Below are positions 14,043 through 28,129 of a DNA stretch of 64,000 bases, piece after piece; position 1 is the first letter of the stretch, and each line of letters opens with the position of its first letter. The stretch is taken from the NCBI GenBank assembly GCA_951406725.2, contig OX597817.1, positions 136,028,001-136,092,000 on the forward strand. Reading direction: 5' to 3'. The position numbers and the translations under genes were made by a program. The notes under the pieces were generated by a model that was not told the DNA's origin, did not search any database, and saw only the letters and a list, made by a program, of their open reading frames with translations. Origin of the DNA: Octopus vulgaris. Lineage: Eukaryota.

Positions 14043-15561
14043 CTAGCATTATGACCCGGCAACGACGGGTCATAGTGCTAGTGCATGTATATATGTGTAT
14101 ATATATGTGTACATATTACATGTACATCTATATATATACATCTACACATAAAATACAAAATACGTTATATCTTGATATCGCTAGTGATAACAATACTCAA
14201 AATATATAACAGACTGGAATTGTAGGCCCGTCTCTTGCAATTTCGATCAATTGTATCTTGTCCTCCCTCTTGTATAGAAGTGTGGCTACAATCCAGCCTA
14301 CCTCTACTTCTGGGGGGACATTTTAAAATTTTATCCGGAACGTCCTACGTCCCAGATATAAAGGTAAAAATAAAATATTTCCACTTTGCAAGGTTCGAGT
14401 CGAGTACTCCCTTGCACGCTCCGTTGACTCGAACCTTGCTTCTATTGTGGCAAATTTACCGCCTCTAGTTAGATATCTTTCATAGTCGCACCAAGACACT
14501 CTTCGATGGTGCTTTCCTCCAAGTGTTCAAATCTTTTTTTTCTCTACATTGTATACTTTATAGACAATAGTCTTTTCTTTAATTTAATTTTTTATTTCGT
14601 TTGGTGGTGTTATCCTAGATTCACCGTCTTTGTCGGTGACCAATCCGTATTTCTTCTATTTTAATTTCAATGAGTTCACGCCCACCGACGGCTGCAGCGA
14701 AATTCATTTTTGGACTTTCTTCTATCGAAGGCATTCTAACAAAAATGCTTCCGTGTAAACGGTGAAAATATTGTCAATTTCCCCAAACAGGGACACAATT
14801 CAATTTTTAAACAATAACCAAAGCTCCTTCTCCCAAAGGGGGAGGGTTACAGTTTACAATTACTTAACAAATGTAACACAACAATGTTTCCTTTACGAGG
14901 AACCAACAAACGTGATAACAATAGTTAAACAGTAATAATAATAACAACAAACGTTACGATGAAGCAGTAAGCAGTTGAAGCTTTAGTCCTTTATGTATAA
15001 GAAATAAACCAACAGCAGTACCCTGTAGAAGTGGATGTTCGAGAAAACAGATATTACATACTTAATGCTAGCTAATTAGCAGATAATCTAATGTAAAAGC
15101 ACAGCTCCATCTGGACTATTCCATTTCTGCACGCTAATTTTATTTTTAATTTATTCCCATTCATGGGAACCACTTATTCAAGTTCAAGTCATTGATGCAA
15201 TTTTATACCAATTGCTATTTTTACTTTTGTTATGTTACGATTATATTATACTTTAGTTTGATTTTAATTATTACTTACTACATAAAATTCAATTGCTATT
15301 ATTATTTTTATTGTTAAAGTGAAAGTATCTGACATAAAATAGAGAAATATTTTTGTTTCACTTTTAACACGTAATACTGAAATAGTGGAGAAGATATGAT
15401 ATTGCTATGGGCTCGCTCTAGGCAAGAAGTTGAACATTTTTTTGCCCATGAAACTACATGGACCCTAAGTAAGGCATGTGTAAAATTTGAATGAAATTGG
15501 TTGTGTAGTTCTCAAGTTTTAAGGAAACACACAGACAGACAGACAGACACACATTCTCAGT

Positions 15562-15570
<9 letters not shown>
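14043..15570 (-). mobile_element. Non-autonomous Helitron-like element
   Basis: Minus strand 3' end hairpin CCCG...CGGG then CTAG|T; 5' part has (GTCT)n and 'ACCAATTTCATTCAAATTTTACAC' typical of non-autonomous Helitrons. Confidence 0.6.
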
Positions 15571-15596
<26 letters not shown>

Positions 15597-15599
15597 TAT

Positions 15600-15850
15600 A
15601 TATCTGTAAATATAATATATGACAATTATTCGGTAGCCATGATAAAACTCTGAGTCTCGGGTGTCGGGATGGAAACCCACAAACCCACGCCGCCATCTCT
15701 TCAGTTATCAGGCCATCGAAAAAAATGCTATGAAAATGACCGTTAAAACAAAGGGAAATTACTGTGTGATTGACCGTTATTAAGACAAAAGAGCTAAGTT
15801 AGGGGCGGGAGTAAAGGTAAAGGAGTAAAAAGGTTTATAGTAATCGCGTA
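15600..15850 (-). mobile_element. Penelope-like pLTR relic with hammerhead motif (15640-15710, GAAA mutated to GAGA)
   Basis: Minus strand TGATAA-CTGAAGA-GATG...CGAGA-CTCAGAG-TT-TTATCA; homologous to 47780-47990 and 57190-57510. Confidence 0.65.
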
Positions 15851-16101
15851 AGCGCGCATGTCCATACATACACATACGCGCCCGCACACCCACATACATG
15901 CTCCTATATGTATATATTCATCCACCCTCACTTGAAACACACATGCTCACCCACACATTTACCAAAAAATATATACATACCCGCATACACGGTCGCACAC
16001 ACACACACGCACAAAAAAGGTTCTTACACACATCTATATATGTACATGCACAAGAAAAATAACAGACCTAAAGGCAATATATATATATATATATATATAT
16101 A

Positions 16102-16946
16102 CAGGGGGCGGTGAATAAATTGTCTAAATAACACAAAAATGAAAATAACACTGACATCTCATTTTGACAGATATTTTTACCAAATTTACATAAAAATATC
16201 TTGAAATTCTAAAGAGTAAATTTATTTAATAAAATCGCCATTGGCTCCAACCATAGCCTCCAGACGACTTTGGAATCTCCTGCAATTAATCTGGGCGGTC
16301 TCCTTGTTTAAGTTGGTGAATGCTGCAGTAATCCTTCAGTTCATTTTCGGTGTTACAAGAAGTTTTGTTGGTCGCGTGCTCAACTGTGCCCCACACATAA
16401 CAATCAAGGGGGTTGCAGTGTGGGGAGATAGGTGACCAGATGTTAGGGGTGATGTGGTTGACAGCCATGACTGTGTGGCATGGTGCAAAGTCCTGTTGCC
16501 AGACATAGGGTCTTCCAACAGACATCCTCTTGACTCTTGACCCAGGACAGCACTACGTCTTCCAAGCATTTGATGTAGGCCTTCGAGTTGAGTCTGAGGC
16601 TGTGTGAGAAGACGAATGGAAGCATAACGTTGCCATCACTAGTGATCACTCCAAACACCATGATGGTAACTGGATGTTTGATTTTTATCACTCTCGGTAC
16701 TTGACCTCAGATTGACACCCAAACACTCTGAAATGTTTGTACTGGAGCTTCCGGCGCGAATACCATGCGGTAGAACGTGTTGTTTCCAAATTTCTGTCAA
16801 AGTGAATTGCACCATGGTGCTGTTTTTCTCACAGACGGTGCCCAACAGACCCTAATACACTGTGTAGTCGACAAAATTAAAAACAAACAATGCCAATGCA
16901 CGAAATTAAAAATATATGAAGGTGACAATTTACCTGCCGCACCCTG
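16102..16946 (-). mobile_element. Tc1/mariner-superfamily (maT/DD37D-like) transposon, internally deleted
   Basis: TA-flanked TIRs CAGGGGGCGGTGAATAAATTGTC / GACAATTTACCTGCCGCACCCTG; remnants KHP..MVFGVITSDG, YVWQQDFAPCHT, NPLDCYVWG; end fragment repeated at 46834-47003. Confidence 0.85.
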
Positions 16947-16974
16947 TATGTATGTGCGCATTCTCGAAAGAGCT

Positions 16975-17246
16975 GTTCTTCACTCCTGCTCCGGAGCGTC
17001 GGCTGCGGGGTCATTCCGAAAAGCTCTACCTGCGACGATTTCATCTCAATCGAAGGAGAGGAGCTTTCTCCGTCCGGGTTGCGGATCCGTGGAACAAGCT
17101 GCCAGATGAGATGGTGAAGATGCCAACGACCGCTTTGTTCAAAGCCTCCCTGGACCTCAAGTGGCCTGAACTCTTTACATGAACACCACCCTGTACTTAA
17201 CTCCATGTCCCCCTACATGGCCTTGCTATTTGCTTTTGAGCCAAAT

Positions 17247-17278
<32 letters not shown>
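16975..17278 (+). mobile_element. CR1-clade LINE 3' end with (TAAC)n tail
   Basis: RGHSEKL..RRGAFSVRVADPWNKLPDEMV..FKASLD C-terminal motif followed by short UTR and (CTAA)n. Confidence 0.85.
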
Positions 17279-17344
<66 letters not shown>

Positions 17345-17413
17345 ATACGTGTGTGTGTGTGTGTATTTATATATATGTATATATTTATGTCTGTATATAT
17401 TTATATATATATA

Positions 17414-17477
<64 letters not shown>

Positions 17478-17979
17478 TATATATGTTTGTATTTATATAT
17501 TAATATATCTATCATGTGTGTGTGTGTGTGTACGTGCGTGTGAGAGCGCGCGTCAATGCGACGTATTTATGCATGGCGATGTGATTGTATGACGTTCATC
17601 CCTTGCCAAATTTCTCTGGTGCCTCATACTGTAAGCTCATCAGTGAGTGCTCGGAGTACTTCGCGCCATTGTTTTGTAAAAAGCAACTTTCTCATTAAAG
17701 GATCGATACGAGAGATAATTAAAAGAGCTAGAAAATAAGATTTAAATTTAGATACCATGGAAAAATCTATAAATATAAATAAGTTATTAAAGATTTCGAA
17801 GAAAATCTTGTTTTTTTTTTGTTTTTTAATTTTTATAAGACTATAAATATTTAACATTAAATATACAATACTATTCTTTAACTATATACACACTGGCATA
17901 CACCTACATACACATATATGTTCTATGTAATTATATGCATGCATATACACTTGCATATATAATACACACTCACCTATGT

Positions 17980-19126
<1,147 letters not shown>

Positions 19127-19368
19127 TCCCGTTGCATTGCAAATCGTTGGGAAGGGTCCGACGGCCTGTTCAGGGACAGTGTTGTCATTTCGGTCACTTG
19201 TGCGTCATGGAAACCGTAAAAGGCTGCAGAATGGTTGGAGCAACGGAAAAAGAACACTTCCTGTGCCTCTACTCTATTTGTTCCGAATATCTGCGACTTA
19301 TGTTCAAATCAAGCCGGAATCAACTTTGCTTCTCATGCCTTCGTGGGTGATAGATATAAAAAGCTAGT

Positions 19369-19438
<70 letters not shown>

Positions 19439-19840
19439 GCGACTCCAAGCCGTGAGCGTCACTCGAGTTCTTTGCTCGGAGAATTTCATATTTTTCCGCT
19501 TTATTTCTCGCCCCAAATAGCTTATTTTTTATATCTAGCATTATGATTTTTCTATTTGTAAGTTAAAGGTGAAAAATAAAGCAACCCTGCAAAACACAAC
19601 TGATCTTTACACACAGACGCACAGAATAATAACATTCAAATAACGACAGCGGAGCGCACAACAAACATCAGCGATCTCACTGTCACCTGTAGTCTTGACA
19701 AGAAATTCCAGCTAGTCTTTTACACCTACCAGGCTCGTTCGTATTATCCGAGTTGTATATATATATATATATACATCTGCATATATATATACCTGCATAT
19801 GTATGTATATACGCGCGCGCGCACACACACACACACATAC

Positions 19841-21050
19841 ACCGGGGGAACTTAAGAATTATCTGCACTTTTGCTACGGTTTGCACAACCTTCATAGTTC
19901 ACGTGCTGAATGGAGTTACTCTCGTGGTTGCGTAACCAAAATTTGACCACCCCACTGGCAGTATGCACCGTGGAAGACCGGTGGTTAGTGATTCGATTTC
20001 TCTGGTCTGAAGGTGTGTCAGGGTCTGAGATTCATCGTAAGTTTACAGCTCAATACAGAGGTTGTTGTGCTCAACTGCGCAGATGTGTGTTACGAATGGA
20101 TTGAGAAGTTTAAAAATGGCCAGGCAAGCGTGAAGCACGAAAAGGGCGAAAAACACCCATGAACCTCCACCACTGTCTCGAAGATTCAGCAAGGTCGAGA
20201 GATAGGTCCGGTGAACCGACGATTGACCGGCGATGAGGTGGTATGTTCTTGGCGAATTTCTCATGGTTCTGCATGCAAAATCATCCTCGACAAGTTTTGC
20301 TGCCGTAAAGTCAGTGCGAGATGTGTACAAAGAGATCTTACTGAAATGCGTAAGTGCAACCGTGTAGAGATCTGTCAACACTCACTTGATCACTACAAGA
20401 ATGAAGGCGAAGTTTCTTTGGAGAGATTCGCTCCATCTCTTCGACCCAGAATCCAAAAGACGGAGTATGGACCAGAAACACCCGGAATCGCCAGCGAAAA
20501 AGGAAAATCAAGGCTCAAACTTCCGCAGACAAAGTGATGCTAATCTTTCTGGGGTCGCTATAAGGGCCTATATTAGAACATTCCCTGGAAAAGAGATCGA
20601 CAGTCACCAGTGTAGGCTTCAGTGAAATGCTAGCCAACAAATTGAAACCAGTAGTTCTTACCAAATGCCGAAGTGTACTGTCAAAGTGTTATTTTTGTAC
20701 AACAATGCAAACCGATACACGGCTGCCAACGCCGTTGACACCATTGAAAATTTGGGAATTCGAGTTACTGGGAAACCCTGCATACAGTCCAGAACTCACC
20801 CCTTCTGACCGTCACTCCTTTGAACCGCTCAAATATCTTCTGTGAGGTCATCGATTTTCTACGGACGAAGAAGCACAAGAATCGGTGCCTAAATGGCTGC
20901 ACGACCAAACGAAAAGTTTCTTCGGCGGAAGAAGCGAACTTGTGGATTGGTGGAAGATAATGTCGGGAAGTGGTGTGAGTATTCAATCGCTGCTTTTGTT
21001 TTAAGAAATCACAGAAACAAAAATGCGTGTAACTTTTGACTAACCATCTT
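19841..21050 (+). mobile_element. Mariner transposon, degenerate
   Basis: VIRFLWSEGVSGSEIHRK, RKVSARCV, NPAYSPELTPSDRHSF remnants in broken frames. Confidence 0.88.
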
Positions 21051-21087
21051 GTGTGTATGTTATGTGTGAGCGTGTGTGTGTGATGTG

Positions 21088-21127
<40 letters not shown>

Positions 21128-21992
21128 TCATATATGCGGAGAGAGACAGAGAAAGAGAGAGACTTGTGTGGTATTTGTTGGAACAATGGTTCCCAGTACA
21201 GTTTGAATGTTATAAAGTCCTTTATCCACCCGAATATATTTCAGAATCTTCTTAAATAAAGCCGAGACGTTTGACATGGAATAGTGATGTCATCAAATGG
21301 TCATATGTTTGAATCTCGGTTTTCTTTTATAGAGACCTTACGTCGCAGGGTTCGAACTCCTGTGGGATTTAAACTTGATCTTTAAACCATTTCGTGCAAC
21401 GCTTGTTGAGTATCCCCCCTCCCATTTTCCCTACTGTCGGCGCTGCAGGGAACAAATGGTACCATAGTGTTTTGACCTCGATGGATTTGTCACTGGTTTT
21501 GTCATTTTTGCTATTGCCCTTTCGGTGGTTCAGTTCTGATAATATTTCAGTTGATAAGGCGGGTGGGCTATGGAGGGAGAGGCGATAGACAACAGTTTTC
21601 CGGGTGAGACTGAGCAAAGATAGATAGAAAAGAACTATTTGTATCTGAATCCCTGATTTAATTGTGGGTACTGCTCCAGCTGAGGAGTACCAACATTTTT
21701 ATCCAACTCCCTATCATTGATTGATGTCAGAGATTGATGTCACAAGGGAGGAGACTTTGCTTCTTTAAGTAACCCATCTCACCCAAACCACCCCAAAAGC
21801 TCAAATTTTCCTTGCTTTAACAGAATATCCAACTTTTTATCTCGCATTCCATGACATCATTTAAATTAGATCTTGAACTCTCATGGCGTCGTCATTTATT
21901 CATAACTTCGCCAAACTTACTGTTCTATATTTAAGAGATGGGGAATTATGTACATTATCGACGGATATTTGTTCTCATCTTGTTTATTGTTA

Positions 21993-22036
21993 ACACAACG
22001 TTTCGGCTGATATACCCTCCAGCCTTCATCAGGTGT
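21993..22036 (-). ncRNA. Minimal type I hammerhead ribozyme motif
   Basis: Minus strand ACAC-CTGATGA-A-GGCTG(GAGGGTATAT)CAGCC-GAAA-CG-TT-GTGT; intact core, palindromic AACGTT stem III; decayed mirror copy at 23414-23460 (+). Confidence 0.78.
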
Positions 22037-22092
22037 CTTGGAGAAATTTCGAACCTGGGTTCTCATTCCAAAGGTATTTTTCGATGTTGTTG

Positions 22093-22153
<61 letters not shown>

Positions 22154-22155
<2 letters not shown>

Positions 22156-23271
22156 TATGTTTGACTTTAGTTTTATATTTGTACAAGTTGGCTCCAAGTC
22201 TCACCCAGAGACCTCAAGAGACAACAGGTTGGAAGTTCATGTTGTTGTTATGCCTAGTGTGCCATATATTTGGGGGTTTTTTTTTGGTGTTGTACTAGTG
22301 AATGTCAAAAAAAAAAAAAAAAAAGAAGAAAATTATGTTTGTTTTAAACCCTGAGATTACATAGAAAGTATTTTGTGTAGGATATGAGCAGTTCCCATGA
22401 GCACTATCTTTTGAATTTCTGCCATTTTGGGGTTTCCTGGTATCTGAGTTAGGTAGCAATCATCCCCTTTCGCTATCATTCCTAGGGCACCTATGACAGC
22501 AGGTATTGTTTTAGTTTTCAGGTTCCACATTTTGCTGATTTCTATTTCAAGATCTTTATATTTGCTCAGTTTTTGGTAGGTCTTGACAGATACGTTTATA
22601 TCGATTGGGACAGTCATATCAATGAGGAGGCATGTTCTTTGTCTGAAGTCTTTCAATATGATGTCTGGCCTATTTGCATCTATCTTTCTGTCAGTTTGAA
22701 TGAAGTTCCAGAGGAATGAGATGTGGTCATTTTCAAGTACTGGAGGTGGTTTGTATCCCCACCAGTTTTTTTTTCATGGGGCAAATCCGGGTTTTTGCAA
22801 ATTACCCAGAGAATATATTGTGCAGCTCTATCATGTCTGTTGAGATACTCTGTAGGCGCTAGAAGACTGCACTTGGAGACAACATGATCAATGGTTTCAT
22901 TTTGTTGTTGACATACACGACATGTTGGGCTACTGCCGCTCTTTAATATGTTGGCCTGGTAGTTTCTTGTTGGTAGGCATTGATCTTGAGCTGCTATGAT
23001 AAACCCTTCTGTTTCAGATTTTAAGCCAGACGCCATTAGCCATTGATGGGTCAGGGCTTTGTCAACATCTGCATTATTCGCTCTCTTTGGGTATTTTCCA
23101 TACAGAGGTTTTTCTTGCCATTTATCATTCAGAATATCTAAGGCCGCAGTTTTAGCACGGGTTTTCATGCGCTTAGCTTTTTCTGTGCTTGTTTCTTGTA
23201 TGTCTAATTCCGAAATTTGTTGTATTCGGAATTCACTTAGATATTCCTTTGCCTGTTTTGTTACTGAGTAT
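22154..23271 (-). mobile_element. R4/Dong-clade RLE non-LTR retrotransposon, 5'-truncated, in (TAA)n
   Basis: LKSETEGFIIAAQDQ, CCHC knuckle CRVC..ETIDHVVSKC, RHD, RPDI..LIDMTVP..KLSKYKDL, IPAVIGALG; flanked by (TTA)n on both sides. Confidence 0.92.
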
Positions 23272-24317
23272 GATTATTATTATTATTATTATTCAGGTCA
23301 CTGCCTGGAATTGAACTCGGAATCTTGGGGTTAGTTGCCCGCGCTCTTAACCACTACGCCATATGCCGGGCATATGGCGAAGGAATGAGAATCCAGGTTC
23401 GAAATTGCCCCAAGACACCTGAATGAAGGCTGGAGGGTATATCAGCCGAAATGTTTTGTCAATAACAAACAAGATGAGGACAAATATCTGTCAAATGTAA
23501 ATAATGTTCGCCAAACTTGTTTGCAAATTTGATAACATTTCTGATGTCCTTCACGTCAATAACGCAGAGATCGGAAGCAACAGAATGACATGGGGACATC
23601 ACTGGTAAGTTTTTGCTGGATTTCAACGGACTTCAGAGTTCACGACTTGTTCGTTTCTGTTCAAATGGGAACACTTCACCTTTTTACAGAATTTCTTACA
23701 GACTCCATTTTAAGACAGTTTTAAGAACAGATTGCTTTGGCCGCCAGTATCAAAGCCCTTGGCTGAAGTCGGTGTGTAAATGGCATCGGTGTTCGAATCC
23801 CTTGATTAAACTCTTAAAATATTATTAAAGTGATTTCGTGTGTAATGGAGTTCACTTCCTAATCACGAGTTCTTGAGTTCGATCCTACTGCGTAGCATCT
23901 TGGGCAAGACTTTTAACCATTGATTCCGCTCCGTCCCTTGTGGCTAAAGTTGGATCGATGGAAATTGTGTGGAAGCCATCGGATGGATTGTAATTTAAAA
24001 TTCCATTATTATCAAACTGCGTCACATTTGATTCTGCAGAGAATTAAGAGCACACACGACTGAGAAGTACTCGGCCGCTTATATATCAATCGAATGAGTT
24101 CTATGGATCGTTCGATCGATCATTTGAGAATTGGAGGTCGAAAATTCTGTGTGTGTGTGTGTGTTTACAAATAACAAGTAGAGGATGAAATTGTTAGTAT
24201 CACATTTTGTGATACATTTCATATATACATATACATGTGTGCGTGTGTTTGTGCGTATGTGTGTATGTGTGTGTACGTGCGCACGCGTGTACACATATAT
24301 ATATATATATGTGTCCC

Positions 24318-24580
24318 GATATTGATCAGACTATCGATGTTGTTACACATCGCTAGTTACGATGCGTTTCGCACTGCTTCAGCTCTCGAATAATTCCAAT
24401 ATTCCTTCCGATCGGAAGGCCATTACGTCAGAGGGTGACCCTTTTTACAGCTGAGCGGACTGGAGCAACGTGAAATGAAATGTTTTGCTCAACAACACAA
24501 CTCGCCGCCCGGTCCTGGAAACGAACCCACGATCTAGCAGTCATGAATGGAAAGCCCTGATCACTAGGCCACGCGCCTTC
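24318..24580 (-). mobile_element. tRNA-SINE with CORE-like central region
   Basis: Minus strand TGGCCTAGTGA..GGTTCGTTTCC head then TTGAGCAAAACATTTCATTTCACGTTGCTCCAGTCC..CAGCTGTAAA; relatives at 27950-28090, 57757-57900; tail fragments at 35113-35230 and 40701-40823. Confidence 0.65.
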
Positions 24581-24596
24581 TCTCTCTCTCTCTCTC

Positions 24597-24637
<41 letters not shown>

Positions 24638-24725
24638 GATGTACATGCACACATACATACACAAGCTCCTGTTCGACATGAAGCATAATAAACAGTACCA
24701 CACCATTACCATGAAAAAACATAAC

Positions 24726-24807
<82 letters not shown>

Positions 24808-24808
<1 letters not shown>

Positions 24809-24955
24809 GTGATACCAGTGGTGATCAGAGCGTTGGGCTCAACCCCATTGAAACTTCAAAACTTCTTAAGACAACTGGAAATCCTATGCAAGATTGATAT
24901 CTTGCAAAAAGCAGCCTTATTGGGCACAGTGCACATCTTAAGGAAAGTATTATCT
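24808..24955 (+). mobile_element. Dong-like RLE LINE C-terminal fragment after (TAA)n
   Basis: VIPVVIRALG..LQKAALLGTVHILRKVL. Confidence 0.8.
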
Positions 24956-25059
24956 GGTGGTGGTGGTGGTTGTGGTGGTGGTGGTGGTGGTGATGGTGGT
25001 GATGGTGGTGGTGGCGGTGGCGGCGGCGGCGGCGGCGGTGATGATGATGGTGATGGTGG

Positions 25060-25090
<31 letters not shown>

Positions 25091-25255
25091 GGTGGTAGTG
25101 ATGATGATGATGATGATGATGATGGTGATGATGGTGGTGGTGATGATGATAGTGATGATGATGATGATGATGTTGACGACAGACGTGGACCACATGAAGA
25201 CATACCAGTAGTTTCAGAGCATTGATCTGAAAGCAAAACAAAAGGTCTGATAATC

Positions 25256-25408
25256 TTTTCTACTCTAGGCACAATGCACGAAATTTTTGGGGAGGGGTGG
25301 GCCAGTCGATTAGATCGACTCCAGTACGCAACTGGTACTTAATTTATCGACCCCGAAAGGATGAAAAGCAAAGTCGACCTCGGCGGAATTTGAACTCAGA
25401 ACGTAAAA
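25256..25408 (-). mobile_element. SINE family 3 (truncated) with approx. 15-bp TSD AAGGTCTGAT(A/G)ATCT
   Basis: Central domain match and flanking direct repeats. Confidence 0.8.
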
Positions 25409-26519
25409 GAAGGTCTGATGATCTCTGCACGTGATCAGTCTCACAATCTGATTTTGTTGCCATCGCACCATTTAGGATGGAACGGATCCACGATAAAGGG
25501 GATCTGTTGAAAATATAATGAAACCATCGAACACCAATTATACTGGAGCTGAAGAGGGGTAAAGAAGGGGGAAGCGAGGGAGGGGTAGAAGGCGAAGGAG
25601 AGGAGGGAGATGTAGGAGGTGAGGAATGGTAGGGAGCGGAAGAGGGTGGAGAGGAGGTATGGGTGAAGGGAAGGATGACGGCGAGCAGAAGGAGGAGGAG
25701 GAGGAGGAAGAAGAAGAAGAAGAAGAAGAAGAAGAAGAAGAAGAAGAAGAAGAAGAAGAAGAAGAAGAAGAAGAAGGTTGATTATCGAAGAGGGGTAGGA
25801 AGAGGAAGAAGGTTAATTATCGAAGTGGTAGCAGATGTAGAGAAGGTAAGCCTTTGTTCTTAATGTCTAAGAAAACACATCTTAATGAGCCGAGGAATAA
25901 ATGAAGAAACGAAAGGAAACTTTGAAAAAGAGGAAATCAAAGTCTGAAAGGAGTAAAAAAAAAACAAGTTTTCACTCAGCTCTGCCTTTTATTTTTTCAG
26001 GGTCTTGAAGTCGATTGAAGTTCCAGTCTGCATTACCAGCATCGATGCTCGCTCCCCTATTTCGGGATCCGACTTTTTTACAACGTTGTATCACGATACT
26101 TCAGCCAGAAAAAATAAATCGAATTAAGGGGTTCACGTGTCAGTGAGATACTCAGCCGCTTTCATGTTAATTTCACGAGTAGGATTTCACAGTTTGTTGG
26201 ATTCTCATCGTCGAGTCTGACGGAGAACCCACGACCAGCTGTCTTTTACTGTAGGATGGTGATTGAGAAAAGATTCTGCTATGTGTGGTATGGGGCGTGT
26301 ATATCTCTGTGATATGCAGTATTGGCTGGTGGTGGTGGTGATGGTGGTGGTAGTGGTGGTAGTGGTGGTTGGTGGTAGTGGTGGTGGTAGTGGTGGTGGT
26401 AGTAGTGGTGGTGGTAGTTGTATATAGAGATGGTATGCGTGGTGAAGGGTGTGTGTGTGTGTGTTTTATACAATGTGTTTCACTTTGGTGCCAGACGAGA
26501 GAACACGTAAATACTCTTT

Positions 26520-26718
26520 TATTCTTTTATATGTTTCAGTCATTTCAGTGCGGCCATGCTGGGGCACCGCCTTTAGTCGAACAAATCGACTCTGAGACTT
26601 ATTCTTTGTAGCCCAAGTACTTATTCTATCGGTCCCTTTCGCCGAACCGCTGGGTTACGGGGACGTAAACACACCAACATCGGTTGTAGGCGAACAAACA
26701 CACACAAATACATATATA

Positions 26719-26752
<34 letters not shown>

Positions 26753-26848
26753 CATACATATACATATATATATATGTATGTATGAATGTGTGTATGTATG
26801 TATGTATGTATGTATGTATGTATGTATGTATATATATACATATATATA

Positions 26849-26884
<36 letters not shown>

Positions 26885-26950
26885 TGTATGTATATATATA
26901 TACATATATATATATACGACGGGCTTATTTCAGTTTCCGTCTACCAAAAA
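26520..26950 (-). mobile_element. tRNA-SINE family 1, partial, with expanded internal microsatellite
   Basis: Tail and body match family 1. Confidence 0.8.
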
Positions 26951-27436
26951 AAAAAAAAAAAAGAACTGGCCGCAATCTAATGATTGAAACAAGGAGTAAG
27001 TAAAAGATTGAAAATAGATCTTTTAAAGTAAAAATTTAAAAACAGAAAATGATTATTTTGATAATTTTATTATCTTTTATCTTTGTTATCTTTTATCTTT
27101 TATCATTAGACTGCGGCCAAGCTGGGGCCCCGCCTATTGTTTACTTTGTTATATATTCTTGTTTTGTTAATTATCTATAATCGGATCCCAAACTGTACTT
27201 TTTCTAAAAAAAAAAAAAAAATAATCATTCAGTTATATTTTTATAAATTTTTGACGTCCTGCCATATTCCTGAGGCACTCCTTGCGGCATTTCTTGCCTC
27301 ACTCTTTGCGGCACACACCTTCGCAACTCCTATTTTACCGTGGTAGATTAAAACATATATGCATAAAATCCAGAGCAGAGTTACCAACGATACACAGTTT
27401 ACTGTGTTCTGTTCAATGTTATATTTTAGGATGGAA

Positions 27437-27756
27437 GCGCAATAGCCCAGTGGTTAGGGCAGCAAACTCGCAGTCATAGAATCGCAGTTTCGATTTACAG
27501 ACAGGGCGTTGTTAGTGTTTATTGAGCGAAAACACCCCAACTTTCTCTCACTCTTTCTTCCTATTTCTATTGTACTTGTATTTCAAAGGATCCAGCCTTG
27601 TCACACTCTGTGTCACGCTGAATCTCCCCGAGAACTACGTTAAGGGTACACGTGTCTGTGGACTGCTCAGCCACTTGCACGTTAGTTTCACGAGCAGGCT
27701 GTTCCGTTGATCGGATCAACTGGAACCCTCGTCGTCGCAACCGACGGAGTGCCACG
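27437..27756 (+). mobile_element. tRNA-SINE family 2
   Basis: A box TAGCCCAGTGG, B box AGTTTCGATT, tail ...AACCGACGGAGTGCCAC. Confidence 0.85.
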
Positions 27757-28129
27757 ATATTTTAGTCATTGAACACACTCTCTTTCGTGTAGGCTATGGG
27801 CTGTACCTCGGGGAGCTCTAGAGTGGACTGCATACCGTTGGTAACCATGGTACGGATTCTATATATGTGTGCGCGTTTGTGTGTGTGTATATTTTAATCT
27901 TCTAAATTTTTTTCAATGTGAATGCACTTGACTTGGTGCTTGGAATGCTGCAATCACGGTGGCAAGAGAGTGGTTTCGATTCCTAGTTTGGGCGGTGGCG
28001 TGTGTTCTTGAGCAAATCATTTCATTTCACGTTACTCCACTCCACTGAGCTGTAGGTGAGTCACCTTACAATGGACTGGCGTCCCGTCCAGGTGCGCTTT
28101 TGCTATTTCGGTTACTTATTCGCCATGCA

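Larger units (their letters stand above)
21919..23506 (-). mobile_element. Composite tRNA-headed, hammerhead-tailed retroelement with inverted terminal copy, interrupted by a Dong-like LINE
   Basis: TSD TTCGCCAAACTT (21907-21918 / 23507-23518); inverted repeats about 21945-22069 / 23382-23505; tRNA-like head 23293-23368. Confidence 0.75.

Noticed and set aside
17246-17278. Telomere-like repeat (CTAA)n
   Set aside because: Tetranucleotide tail of a CR1 3' end, not TTAGGG.
23293-23368. Functional tRNA gene (also 46113-46188, 33986-34060)
   Set aside because: A/B boxes are present, but the acceptor stem is poor and each runs into repeat body; these are SINE heads.
25985-26150. Possible exon after TTTTTTCAG acceptor
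   Set aside because: Frame runs into a SINE remnant, no recognisable protein and no clear donor.
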